In this document: positions 40,401 to 51,830 of the stretch, piece after piece
How the letters are laid out: each line of letters begins with the position of its first letter
Position numbering within the stretch: the first letter of the stretch is position 1
NCBI RefSeq assembly: GCF_015852565.1
Contig: NC_136191.1
Span: forward strand, 11,848,578-11,912,577
DNA length: 64,000 nt
DNA from: Branchiostoma floridae
Taxonomy: Eukaryota
Direction of reading: 5' to 3'
Made by a program: the position numbers and the translations under genes
Notes under the pieces: model-generated
The model's input: only the letters and a program-made list of their open reading frames with translations
Told to the model about the DNA's origin: nothing
Databases searched by the model: none

Positions 40401-42785
40401 CTCTTCGCGTTGCACCTGGTTTCGAATGGCAGCTAGTGATGAATGGCGTCTGTGCCCTTGGGTAGCAGAGTACGGGTGGTGTCTGGGGCCTTGGTTGGTC
40501 TTGGATCATTCTTGCAAACTCTTTATCATGGCTTTATTAATCCAATCAAAATCAATCAAAATAAAATGTCGCATTAATCGAGTTTAAGACCTGCTTATGA
40601 GACTCGGATGCCCAGGAGTGTTTTAATGTTTCCTCGTACAAACTCCCTTTAATAGCAAAGAAATCTTTTTGTTTTCGAAATTTCACAGGGGCGCAGGCTC
40701 ACATTGATATTGGCGGATGCACAAATCACAGATCCTCTTGAAATGAAAGATAGTAGTATGCCCAAAAAATACAACAGAAGTCACATATATTCTGAATGAT
40801 ACAGTTCAAGTCCCAGGCGAGAAGACAATGGATGTTACATCCCAGACAGCTGTTCAGGAGTGCTGTACATTTGTTGATCCAACAAGACCCATACATACAC
40901 CACTACCTCATATATTACACTCCTGTCTGCGCCGTTATCTCCCAGTCCCTGTCTCTGTCACGGCCGCCATGCTCCCTGCAGAGATAAGTGCTTGTTTTCA
41001 CACAAGATAAACAGGTGGCTGACCCAGCATAAATGTTTGGCGCGACTGAAGGGTTTCTACTTCTTCCAATCTACACACTGGAGAGTATATTAGGGCTGCA
41101 GTGCGTTGTTAGGAATGGCAACAACTAAAGCAATATTAGCGACAATAATAAACGACAAGAAAACGTATACGACGATATGAATTAGCATTGCGATTGGTTT
41201 TGACTTCTCTGTTTGTGCAGCATAACTCAAGAAGCTGTGGGTGGATCTGTGTGATATTTGTTATGTAGCAAATGTTACGGTGGCAAATGAAGGACCATTT
41301 TGATTGAGGGCCCCTGACGCCTTCTCAAAGTACTGCAGCATAGCATTTAGTTTGTGTATCAACAATATAAGATTATATAATCCAAGCTACCGATGATGTA
41401 TGACACAAGTCGCATAACGTACGTCTTGAGCTCTTGTCCGCTGAAAAGGTAAATCACCCAAAGAAATAACATGTCTGCACAGTTTGTGCATGTACCGAAC
41501 TTGAGAGGAAATATGTTCCTGCTTACCCTTTCAATTGACACTTAGTAATATGTGATGAGGCACATATGAGAGGGTTATGCGTTGTAATTATATACAGAAC
41601 ACAGGCGGACTGTTGAAAGACACATAACTCTTTTAACAGGCCATGTTTCAGCAGCCAAATGTTTGATCTCAGAGTTTACATAACCCAAGTTTAAAAGCCT
41701 GGCTAGTCCCCAAACTTAGCAGACGTAAGTTGTGAGGAGACCGCATGAAGTGTTATTTCTGTGTAAGTTATCCTTTGTTAACATTGACCACAGACTGTCT
41801 GGCAATTTGAAGTAGAAAACATCCGGCTGACGAGTCCAACCCTGTTTAATGTTTAAGTAACAGTCCGATCAATCTAAGTGGGTTTTAAATCTACTTTCAC
41901 TTGTTTGCTTTTCTACTGAGTAAGGCAGGCACGGTTTAACGGTTCATTGTGATTTGCTATAATGGATGTGTTGCCTGATTTGTGAACGTTGGGTCAAATG
42001 TGACTATCTTTTCTTTACAAAGATTAGATTCATAATATTATAGTGGTTGTATAATATAATGCATAATGAAGTTGAGAACACACTGACTACTATTATGTGT
42101 AACAGTTATGCATAGTGACAAATTCTTTTAGGTGCCTCTTCTTCCTATGGTTGCCCAACCTGAAAACGACAGCCTATTCAGCAGCCATTTCTGCATCAGA
42201 TTCAGCACTGAGATTCAGCCCCTAGCATCACGACAGAAGCACAAACCAGCCGCCAAGCCTACAGCTTAGAAAAGTGCTATCGTAGTAACGTTAACTTTTT
42301 TTCCCTTATTTTTTCGTTTTCAGTAACTGGTGCGCCTACACAGTGTCCAAGCAGGTGTCCTGTAAGGTTAAGAATGGCTCGGCAGTCTACAAACAAGCCT
42401 ACTACATGCCGGGGTGCTCCGTCTGGAAACCTGGCAACTGTTACAGGTAGGCTGGGGAGTATCGTGTGCGGGGCATGTGGCATGGGCAAAGTCAAGACGT
42501 CACTGTGAGCCCTCTCACGGTTAGAGATCTGAACGCATGTGCAGCGACAGGAATTCTAGGTGATATGTCAAAGGTAAAGGCCATAAAAAAGAAAACAGCC
42601 CTTGTCCTGACCATTGTTTCGATTTGCATAACAACGTCCAGGTGGGTTTTGTTTTCTTTTTCAGGGCCTTTACCTTTGATGTATTACCTAGAATTCCTGT
42701 CGTCGCACATACGTTCTGATCTCTGTGAGAGGGCTTATTGTCAGGATTTATGGTTGCTAATACCGTTGTAGTTATATGGTGATGG

Positions 42786-42884
<99 letters not shown>

Positions 42885-44879
42885 TGCTGATGATGATGAT
42901 GATGATGATGATGACGATGATGATGATGATGATGACGATGATGTTGATGATGATGATATAGAGGTGGTCACTAGCACAGATTTGACTATGTACTAGTGAT
43001 GGTCGTGTTCACTATCTCTGTCAGGTACCGGCGGACAGTGCGTCCCACCTACCGAGTGGCGTACAAGACCGTCACGGCCATGGAGTGGAGGTGCTGTCCC
43101 GGCTTCCAGGGAGCAACCTGTCAGGACAGTACGTAAACTAGAGTAGTCTCGTTGTAGTCTCCACCAGATTGACTACGCTTGCTATTGTAGGGACAATAAT
43201 TTGACAGGTGAGTTTTGCTACCAGAGGAGTTGGCTGACCGCTCAGCCAACTTTCCGGAGGGGAAACATTTTAACCTTAGCATGGACTGACTATCCAGATT
43301 CTTTTGCGGAATTCTACGATCACCGTACCCCAGTAAGAAAGTGGGGCTAGTCTCATTAGTTCAGTGCCCGGCTTTAATATTTTCCCATTATGTGCTAGAG
43401 GTAACAACGATTAGTCAAAGTACAATGATAATTGTACGCGACAAGGAATCTCCAAGATGAGATCTACCGGGTTGATGAAGAGACAAAGTGCGTCTCAAAA
43501 GCTTCCCAAGCTACGAACTGTAGTTGTGTGTATTTTGTTAAAAATTTGGTCATACTTCCACAGCTTGCTTCAACTGCACTCGTCTGACAGCTCTAGAGAA
43601 GCGGATGAGTGCTCTGGAGAACACAGTAAGTCTTAGCATTTCACTCACTTTCTCTTTGCGATAACTGTAGAATATGTTTTATTTTCATGTATTTGAACTT
43701 TGATCATGACTTAATTCTCCAACCTCAGTTAGCTACCATTACATGAAGCTAGTCTGCGATTTTCTGTGGTACAGAATAGACCAAACGCAACTATTGAAAT
43801 TTTACAGTTTTGTGAATCTCCTAGTCCATATATAATATTCTTATTGCAGGGTCTACCGGTTAGTAGTGACACGAAAGATATGCCAGTCGGCCCACCCCCT
43901 GTCACAAATGGCAAGAAAGCCGACTCGGAGGTGTTATCGACAGGACCTACAGGGCCCGTGGGTCCCCGTGGCCCCCCGGGTCACCCCGGGATTCCCGGGC
44001 GAGCGGGTCCCGAGGGCCCACGGGGAAGGCCCGGGGCACAAGGACCTACCGGGCCTCAAGGGCCTCCAGGACAACCTGGCTTACGGGGAGAAATAGGCTT
44101 ACCTGGGGAACAGGGTGAGTTAGCGAATTATATCAATTTGGTGAGTTGTTGTTGTAGGTACGTAGCAAAAGTTATGAAATAGATGACGAGGATTAGACAA
44201 GTTATGTAGGGGTCAACTGCGCCGACTCCCTTGTAATTTTCTTAAATAAACTTGCATATAACTGTTACATACAATTTACGTTCTGGATCTTTTTTGTAGG
44301 CGAACCAGGCATGCCTGGGACGCCAGGGTTCACCATGGAGGGTTTGCCAGAAGGTATGCCTGACATGTCGGCACTACTCCGCAAGGTGGATCTCCTAGCG
44401 AACAGAGTATCCTTATTGGAGGAACTCATGGCAGTGACGTCAGAAGGTATGAAAAAGGAATAATCTCGTCAGTGACTATGACTTGCCTATAACGTAATTT
44501 TTATGTGTAATTTTCCTGTACTTAACATGACTCGAAGAGCACACGTGTCAATAATTATAACTTCTTACAAAGAATACTCATAATTACCTGTCGTTCCACA
44601 GCGGGTGGATTTCTGCCCGGAGGAGGACCATCTTTACGCCCAGGACCGGGCACCTCACCTAAACCTGACGTCTCGTCCCCCGACTCGTCCCCAGGACCCG
44701 ATCTCGTCCCCAGGCCCCGTCCTGACACGTCACCAACTCCTGCTGAGTTACCAGAACCTGACGTCATCAGTCCTGACGGCAGACCTGGCTCTACCATATA
44801 CCCAGGGTTCCCCGGGGCTGACTATGAAGGGTCAGCAGACCACAATCTACCATTCCTGTTTGAGAGTGAGACTGTATGA
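34459..44879 (+). CDS. EMI-domain-containing short collagen (EMID1/Emu1 or COL26A1-like), 7 exons
   Basis: Exon 1, 34459-34589: signal peptide [27 protein letters not shown], donor GTAAGA. Exon 2, 42324-42446: [41 protein letters not shown] (EMI domain N-terminal half). Exon 3, 43024-43127: [33 protein letters not shown] (EMI C-terminal half with the WRCCPG motif). Exon 4, 43564-43625: [21 protein letters not shown]. Exon 5, 43850-44114: Gly-X-Y run [57 protein letters not shown]. Exon 6, 44300-44447: [11 protein letters not shown] plus coiled segment. Exon 7, 44602-44879: Pro/Ser-rich tail, stop TGA at 44877-44879. Splice phases are consistent across all junctions. Confidence 0.8.
35810..35960. 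repeat. Near-perfect roughly 150-bp palindrome (hairpin with roughly 60-bp arms and roughly 20-bp loop)
   Basis: gttaatgccccgccccgaggtgtatatggtgagataatccctggtcaggtgcgataaccaccgaataaaccacc [gagtgagcgtagcgaacgag] ggtggtttatgaggtggttatcgcacctgaccagggattatctcaccatatacaccgagg aaaa ggcggggcattaac. The arms are exact reverse complements apart from a 4-nt bulge. It lies in intron 1 of the EMI-collagen gene. Confidence 0.85.
36355..36405. repeat. Second short perfect hairpin (17-bp arms, 3-nt loop)
   Basis: aaaagtggtcggttatt cta aataaccgaccactttt, about 500 bp downstream of the large palindrome. Confidence 0.8.
42779..42957. repeat. (GAT)n microsatellite, about 60 units with a few GAC and GCT interruptions
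   Basis: Directly visible. It lies in intron 2 of the EMI-collagen gene, between the two EMI-domain exons. The poly-Ser and poly-Met ORFs at 42741-42977 are artefacts. Confidence 0.95.
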
Positions 44880-45193
44880 CGTACCACTGCGTGGACGTTA
44901 CGTAACGGTTGAAACAGTTACGTCTCTGCGTGACACAGATACATCTTTATTGTACACAAAACACTTTTAGAGTAGAGTTATGACATTTCTAGATACCACA
45001 GTAGTAAAATGTGTATCACTTGTCAAAGATATAGATACAAGAACACTACATTTAAGACGACGAGGCGTGTCAAGTAGATAGAATTCTATTCAAACTTACA
45101 GCGTTAAGGTGTTTTTGCCGGGGCGCCGAAGGCGCCCGGCTTTGTCCCCGGTTTAATGGTTCGTCCTTGGATGGGTCTGCTATGGTCGCAAAA

Positions 45194-45306
45194 TGTACCG
45201 TGCGTTTTTACGACAATTCTCAGCCCTTCTCAGCCCTTCAAATAAACGCAATGTACCGTGCGTTTTTACGACAATTCTCAGCCCTTCTTAGCCCTTCAAA
45301 TAAACG
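45194..45306. repeat. Roughly 57-bp direct repeat x 2
   Basis: aatgtaccgtgcgtttttacgacaattctcagcccttct(c/t)agcccttcaaataaacg occurs twice in tandem. Confidence 0.8.
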
Positions 45307-45488
45307 TTGTAAGAATACTGTTTATCCATGACCTCTACTCGTACAGAAAACATTGCAGCGCTCATTAGCAAAGTCTAGGAAAGGAAAATGTTTCTTGATT
45401 TGCAGTAAAACACTGGTCATGTAACATTTGAGGAGTTGTCGTTAAATCGCACGGTTCATTTTGCGATAGCGTTGACGGGTCCGGGTAT

Positions 45489-45688
45489 TTAGCGGAATAA
45501 CCCGGAATAACCCGGAATAACCCGGAATAACCTTAATAAAGGATGAAAGCTACCGAAATACAGTGTGCTTTGATAAGTTAAGATCGCAGAATGCAATATT
45601 TTGGCATAAAATAATGTATATATGGCCATGGGAACAAGAAATATTACGGTTATTCCGGGTTATTCCGGGTCATTTCGGGTTATTCCGG
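45489..45688. repeat. Small foldback: (CGGAATAAC)n microsatellite arms in inverted orientation
   Basis: 45489-45530 (gaataacccggaataacccggaataacccggaataacc) versus 45645-45688 (ggttattccgggttattccgggtcatttcgggttattccgg), separated by about 110 bp. Confidence 0.7.
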
Positions 45689-46602
45689 TAAATACCCTCA
45701 CGGGCGTTGACGGTGCGGAGGAGGTGAGATTTTTATCGTACAGAAATTGGTACAGTTTGTAAAGTTATCTTTCTGGAATTCGGATGTATTAAAATATAAC
45801 ATTACATTCTAAGGCGTAGTGTCATGTGAGTAAAATGAGCACGACATTTGACGAAAGATTTTGTGGAGGGTATACAGTCAAGTTTATTGTGCAACGATTG
45901 GAACAGTTTACGTGCGGGTGGGAGGGGGGCGTGCGTCTATATATGCAGCTGCAGGAGGTCCTGCAGGACATTTTCGATCGTAAGAGTAACGTACAATTTG
46001 AAAAGATAGTGATCATGAATTCGGACACATTGAAACATATTTCCAAGGAACGGTATATAGTTTTTTTAGTAAAACCAGTGTGTGGGGATTGACGAGAATT
46101 TAGATAGTTTAATGGTGCACTGTGCTTGAGCCGATGCGAGGCATTATGCAGGGCATTTTTGATTGTAAAAATATCGTACAAGTTGAAAAGATGGATCGGA
46201 TTCTAATACATTAAAACATACATTTCCAAAGAATAGTAGAAAACAACGGATTGTAGCTAACTGTTAAACAATCAGCAAAGCAGTTGGCAAGATGTCACAC
46301 CTGAACTTTTGTAGATTTTTGCTTTTTGTTGGTACTAGTAAGATGTTATGTGATCAAGACAATATTTTCTTTCTGTTTCAGTGACGCCTTAGACTGTTCT
46401 CTGCTATATATACAAGTGACACAGTAATATACAGAAACTTACAGCTAGCAAAAGTCTGTACTCAATAAGATTTTACACAGTACACATTTATACTTCTTCT
46501 GCTGAAATCTACGCATTACATTTTGCATCCAACCAAAGAGGTTTGAAAGAGAGTCCTTGATCCAACCAAATTAGACCTTGAGACCTATTAACAGATCATT
46601 GA

Positions 46603-46912
46603 TCACTGTGCATTTTGCACATACCAGACTCAATCGTGCCACTGAGCACTGCATTTTGCACACACCAGACCAATTGTGCCACTGAGCACTGTGCATTTTG
46701 CACACACCAGACCTATCGTGCCATTGAGCACTGTGCATTTTGCACACACCAGACCTATCGTGCCATTGAGCACTGTGCATTTTGCACACACCAGACCAAT
46801 CGTGCCATTGAGCACTGTGCATTTTGCACACACCAGACCAATCGTGCCATTGAGCACTGTGCATTTTGCACACACCAGACTCAATCGTGCCACTGAGCAC
46901 TGTGCATTGTGC
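46603..46912. repeat. 48-bp minisatellite, about 6.5 units
   Basis: The unit cactgtgcattttgcacacaccagacc(a/t)atcgtgccattgag is repeated head-to-tail. The ORFs 46571-47029, 46615-46896, 46630-46914 and 46676-46918 are artefacts of it. It ends 38 bp upstream of the ATG of the 385-aa ORF. Confidence 0.9.
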
Positions 46913-46949
46913 AAATAAAGTCAAGCAAAGAACACATATATTGTGAACA

Positions 46950-48107
46950 ATGTGTGAATCTATTTTATCGGGAAAATACCACCAAGGTGACATCATTTTC
47001 AGTGGAGATAATAGAGGCAAACAATGCACTGCAAATGCTTTAATGGCAGTTGTTAACCACAGTACTTGCAGACAAGCAATTACCTGGACAAGTACAGACC
47101 TTGATGGTGTACTTTTTCAAGGAGATGCACTATACACCTACATAAAACCATCACTAAGATCTGGTGTGGAGTTCCTCTCCGTTGATGATATTCCAGACTA
47201 TTTGCAACTTTACAACAATACTGTACGTGTATCAATAAAAGAGTCTTACACTGGAGACATATTTGCCACAGAAGCAGTCTATCCTTATTACACCTTAAAG
47301 AAAGCCCTAGAAGCAGCATTTGCTGAATCCAACACTTGTCTTTTCATAACAGCACATGGAATAACTGGTTCAACAGTAGCATTGTTGCACGCTGATAACA
47401 AGTATTTTGTTTATGACTCACATGCCAGAAGTCCCATAACAGCATTGCCAGATAGCCATGGCACTTCTACTTTAAGCATGCACAGTTCAAACAGCAATCT
47501 AGTTTCATTCTTGCAACAACTTAACTGGAACACAACATGCAATTTTGAGGTTGTCCCAGTACAAGCAGAAAATGTTTTCTTATCAGTTGAACCTACTGGT
47601 ATACACATTATCAATCTGACTAGCAATGTTTCTTCTATGATTGAGTCAGAAAACTGCTTTCAAGTTCAACAACAACACACATACACCTTGGTTAAACCAG
47701 AGTTTGTATCTACGAAAGAGAACCTACAACAACCAAACACAGCATTTCCATTTGCACCACATTGTAACCAAAGTACTGGGAAAAACATTGTGCCATGCAC
47801 CACAAGCAAACATCCAAGTGCTATGCCAGAGAACAGGAATGAAGGCCTCTTGAATCAATTAGTAATGTCACCAAATGCAGCATCAAATTTAAATGATAAA
47901 AAAGTGCAAGGTCTTGCAATCCAAAGCGCAATATGCAAGGACAAACAAGAAAAACAAACCTATCAACAGAAGACAGAGAGTCTTGCAGAACAAAGAACAT
48001 CATACAAAGCAAAGAAAGCAAATGAGACCTGTGAGCAAAAAGCAGCACAGCAAAGAGCATCATATAAAGCGAACAAAGGTTTCCAGCCAACTTCCCATAG
48101 ATTTTAG
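46950..48107 (+). CDS. Intronless 385-aa ORF of uncertain function; N-terminal half has a Cys...His arrangement compatible with a papain-fold thiol peptidase (OTU/UCH-like?), C-terminal half is Q/K/A-rich low complexity
   Basis: Longest uninterrupted ORF in the window. Candidate catalytic residues: Cys in GDNRGKQCTANALMAVVNH and His in KYFVYDSHARS, about 130 aa downstream. No introns. It is immediately preceded by a 48-bp minisatellite (46603-46912). A 45-bp internal fragment (about 47521-47565) is re-duplicated just downstream (about 48135-48180), which suggests a multi-copy or mobile origin. The family assignment is unverified. Confidence 0.35.
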   Translation: MCESILSGKYHQGDIIFSGDNRGKQCTANALMAVVNHSTCRQAITWTSTDLDGVLFQGDALYTYIKPSLRSGVEFLSVDDIPDYLQLYNNTVRVSIKESYTGDIFATEAVYPYYTLKKALEAAFAESNTCLFITAHGITGSTVALLHADNKYFVYDSHARSPITALPDSHGTSTLSMHSSNSNLVSFLQQLNWNTTCNFEVVPVQAENVFLSVEPTGIHIINLTSNVSSMIESENCFQVQQQHTYTLVKPEFVSTKENLQQPNTAFPFAPHCNQSTGKNIVPCTTSKHPSAMPENRNEGLLNQLVMSPNAASNLNDKKVQGLAIQSAICKDKQEKQTYQQKTESLAEQRTSYKAKKANETCEQKAAQQRASYKANKGFQPTSHRF

Positions 48108-49004
48108 ATATAAACTTCTAGTTTAATAATGATGCACATTTTACTGGAACACAACATGAAATTTTGAGGTAGTCCTTCCAAATGCGCCCCGGCCAGCTTT
48201 TTTTAAAAGCTTTCTTGTTTAATCACAAGATGGATGTCGTGCATTTAAACCTTCCTTAGAGCATTTGAGATGTGTTATCTTAGATATCAGTACAAAGTCC
48301 AGAGCATTCCTCACACTTCTTGTCTTTCAACTGAGCATTTTGAAATATCAACAAGAATAAGATATCATCTAGGGCTACAATTAAGTGAAGTTGTCATTAT
48401 CTTATTGGATATTAAACTTTTATTTGCAAATATATATATGCTACTATTGTAGTCTCGATCGCGAGTACATGCAGTGTGGGTTTATGTTACAATGTTCAGT
48501 TTATAATGTCACATACTTAAGCAGATTGTATGTCCAGTTTCCAACGACAAAATAAACAGCAGGCACTCTTGAAGTTTTGGTGGTTTTCCAGAAGTCTAAA
48601 TATGGCAATGTTGCCATAATTCTGCAAAACAACCTGCTATCAATTACTTCTAAACTTCAGGAGATGACAGGTGATGATAAAATGTGAGAAACGTTTCATT
48701 CTAATCGTCCTCAGTGACTCTGTATACAGTGTAATGTGTGCTTATACTGGGAGCTTTAGAATGCCAATTGTGTTTGATGTACTTTCTCTATATATGGCAC
48801 GTTCTGGCATCGTACTCAAAAATTTATAAAAATAGAATGTCACTTTCCGAACCAAAAACACCCAGAAGTGTATTTCAAGCGTAGTATGCCTTGTTTCTTG
48901 GACGAACCGGGGCAGAAATAAATTCCTGGTCACCTTATTGTCACAGTAGTATTGATCAACCATTGGGATTGTGGACTATCATTAGTACCAATTCCTGACA
49001 CAGT

Positions 49005-51247
49005 CTAAGTCCCGGGTACCCTTCTCCTGGAGACGACATACTCGATGTAGCTGATCATACCGTCGTTGTTTGTATCGTCTTCAGACAGGATCTTGTCCAC
49101 AAGACCTGGTGAGAAAATCCCAATAGTGTAAGCAACACTGGTCTAGTCTTCTCGTCATTACCTAGTAATGGTAGGAGTGAGACATACCCGAAGATGAGTA
49201 TACAACAGTTCTCATTCGGTTTTCTCTAACCATTTGTGGAATTCTATTGCCTAGCTGTGTACTTTTATTTTTGTGTCTTATACATGTATCTATCAACTTT
49301 TCGTTAGATATTGGGCAGTGCTGATTGGCACTGCTAGGTGTCGTTGCAGTTTAAAGGATGTGGTCTCAAACATGACTAAGGCTGTATCACCGCTCATCAC
49401 AATTCATGACAGGGGTAAATTTTCTATCGATCGAAACGGCATCTTGATCTAGCCAGTACAATGCCCTGAGGAAGGTAGAAGAAGTTCTATCCAAAAGTTG
49501 GCAGGTAGGTGATATTGGTTGTGTACAAATAACCCTTTTAAGGCTCAACCTCTCACCAACATGATGAAAGTATTCATGGAGATATAACGCTAGTTCACCT
49601 TTATTCGCGGGGTGACCTTTATCCGTTGTCTTTAAAAACAGCACATTTAGGAGTATTAAGTCTGCGGACTGTGGTTTCAAATGTGCAATATTTAAAAATG
49701 TTCCAATATGAAACCACCGTCCGTCGACTTCATATCCCTAAATACATTTTTTTTACAAACAACGGGTATAGGTCACCCTCGGATAAAGGTGAACCAGCGT
49801 TACCTGTGAATACGGTCATCCTCTCCTGGTGTTCCTGGTTGGTCCGTTCTCTTTCCTGTTCAGCAGTCTCTCCCTCAGGAGCCGGGCGCCCGAAACTGTC
49901 GTAGTCGGAATTATGGGATACCGCCGCCATGATCTCTAACCCGTCCAGATGGTGGTCTTTGTCGCTATCGTGAGATCTGACGTACATATATGATAAAAGG
50001 GCAATAAAACTGAAATAGGGTTTCAGAGGTGTTGTCAAAAAGAACAATCACAAGCCTTACACAGGTGTGCTCGGATTACCTGGCTATCGAGAGACCTGCT
50101 TTGACCTTAAGGGGAAAGGAATAATTGCAAACTTACAAACGCTGCAGAAATATCAATACCACGTGTATCGATATATTATTGACTATTAACTAGCTTTCAC
50201 ATTTGCACGAATATGTTAATATTAGGCAACTAATTGGATACTTCCTGGCTGTTTTTGTCCAAGAAAAGAGCATGCAAAAACATTCACAGACATTCTGTTC
50301 ATTCTTACATGCGGTGTCGTACCTTACTGTAGAGTAGCTCTTATCACAAGATATGTTTTGACACATTTTGAATGTACTTCACTACATATGAATGTCATTC
50401 GTACAAAAATAATGATTCAGAAGTAAATTCATACTTGAAGAAATGGAACTCTCTCTCCGCTGGGGTCATGCTGTTGATATCCTCTTCAGACAGCTCCTTG
50501 ACGTGTTCCTTTAGATGCCTGGGAAATATATATGAAAGTAGAGATATATATTTGAGTGTGTTTATGTACATAAGAGAGAAACAAATCGCCTGATTGCAGT
50601 ATCTTTAATAACCGCTAGATAGCGTGGTTCCGCATCGGCAATGATGTGTGCTTGGGTGGTACCTTAATGTTTAGTAACCCACGATATGCTATATCTAAAT
50701 TGATATAGGATCTAATTACCGAAGTTTCTCCGTTGCTTACGTTATCACATCTCTATGATGACCAGGTGTTCGTTTTCCCACACATGGAAAAGTACTTCAT
50801 GTTTTGTTTGCCCTGCAGTCGGCCCAGTTTATGTAACGTTACAGTAGGAAAACAAAACACAGCGAATCAGCTGCTACCACGTAGAACTTGGAAACATCAG
50901 TTAGCATTACTCACAACTGTTAGTTAATAGTATTCCTGAGTACGTATACCCTGAATTTTTTATGTCCATGACTAGCAACAAACATTGTTCTTCGTTACAT
51001 TTTGATGCGCACTGATAGGCACATACGTACTGACAACCCTTGCACGATGAAATATGTGTGACATTCCCATATGTTAGATAAACGCCGTTTCTATATCATA
51101 CACCTTACCCCTTGTCCTGAAGCATTTGTGCGTCGCGAAATTTGTTGTCGTCGTACCCCTCGGGAGACAAGCAACGCGTCTGAGGGACCAGGAGCAGGAC
51201 CATGGCCCCGACCACAGCCGGGAGAACAGCCGACGACATTGCCACAC
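49005..51247 (-). CDS. MCFD2-like EF-hand protein (multiple coagulation factor deficiency 2 homologue), tandem copy 1 of 4
   Basis: Four exons on the minus strand. 51108-51247: signal peptide MAGSVAMSSAVLPAVVGAMVLLLVPQTRC...FRDAQMLQDK. 50436-50518: GHLKEHVKELSEEDINSMTPAEREFHFFK. 49797-49966: SHDSDKDHHLDGLEIMAAVSH plus a copy-specific insertion NSDYDSFGRPAPEGETAEQERERTNQEHQERMTVFTG. 49005-49115: GLVDKILSEDDTNNDGMISYIEYVVSRRRVPGT then stop; second EF-hand loop DDTNNDGMISYIE. Compare vertebrate MCFD2: [49 protein letters not shown]...DDDKNNDGYIDYAEF. Confidence 0.8.
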
Positions 51248-51830
51248 TACCCGCCATCCCTCTGTCCCGGTGTTAACTAGGAGTACGCCTACCGCTGGTT
51301 ATCTTTGCAAAGCTCGTGTGAACGTTTGTCAATGTTTAACCCATAGTCTAGTATCAACGACTGTAAACTTGCGTAAAAAGTTGTCGGTCATTTTTACGAG
51401 TATCGTGTATGATGTATGCGTAATGTCCACGGACTGATACTTTTTGTTTGTGCGTAAAAAGGCCCCATTAAATGATGAAATACGATGTAAAGTTTGACCT
51501 TGTCAAGCAAAGTCTTATCCTACTAGTGAAGTGAGTACTTAAGATACCAACAAGCAAGAAGACAACTTCATTGAATATGTTAGCGTATTTTTCTTTATTT
51601 CTTTATCTAAGTTTGATTTTGTTTGAACCTTTATCTAGAGTCAACGACCGTCCATCATATCTATTTCCATGATGAATCCACTATGCACAATAAATATAAG
51701 AAAACGTACTGTTTTATATAGGTCTAAGTTTAACAGCATTAGACAACGTCTCTTGAATAGTTTTCTAACTGGTTTGAAGTTACTAACAGATTTCTATTTG
51801 GTAACCACTTTTTTTCCAGCCTTTCAAAGA

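Noticed and set aside
42741-42977. Poly-Ser (minus) and poly-Met (plus) ORFs
   Set aside because: They are translations of the (GAT)n microsatellite inside an intron.
46603-46912. CRISPR-like appearance of regularly repeated 48-bp units
   Set aside because: The units are contiguous with no unique spacers between them, and the context is eukaryotic. This is a minisatellite.
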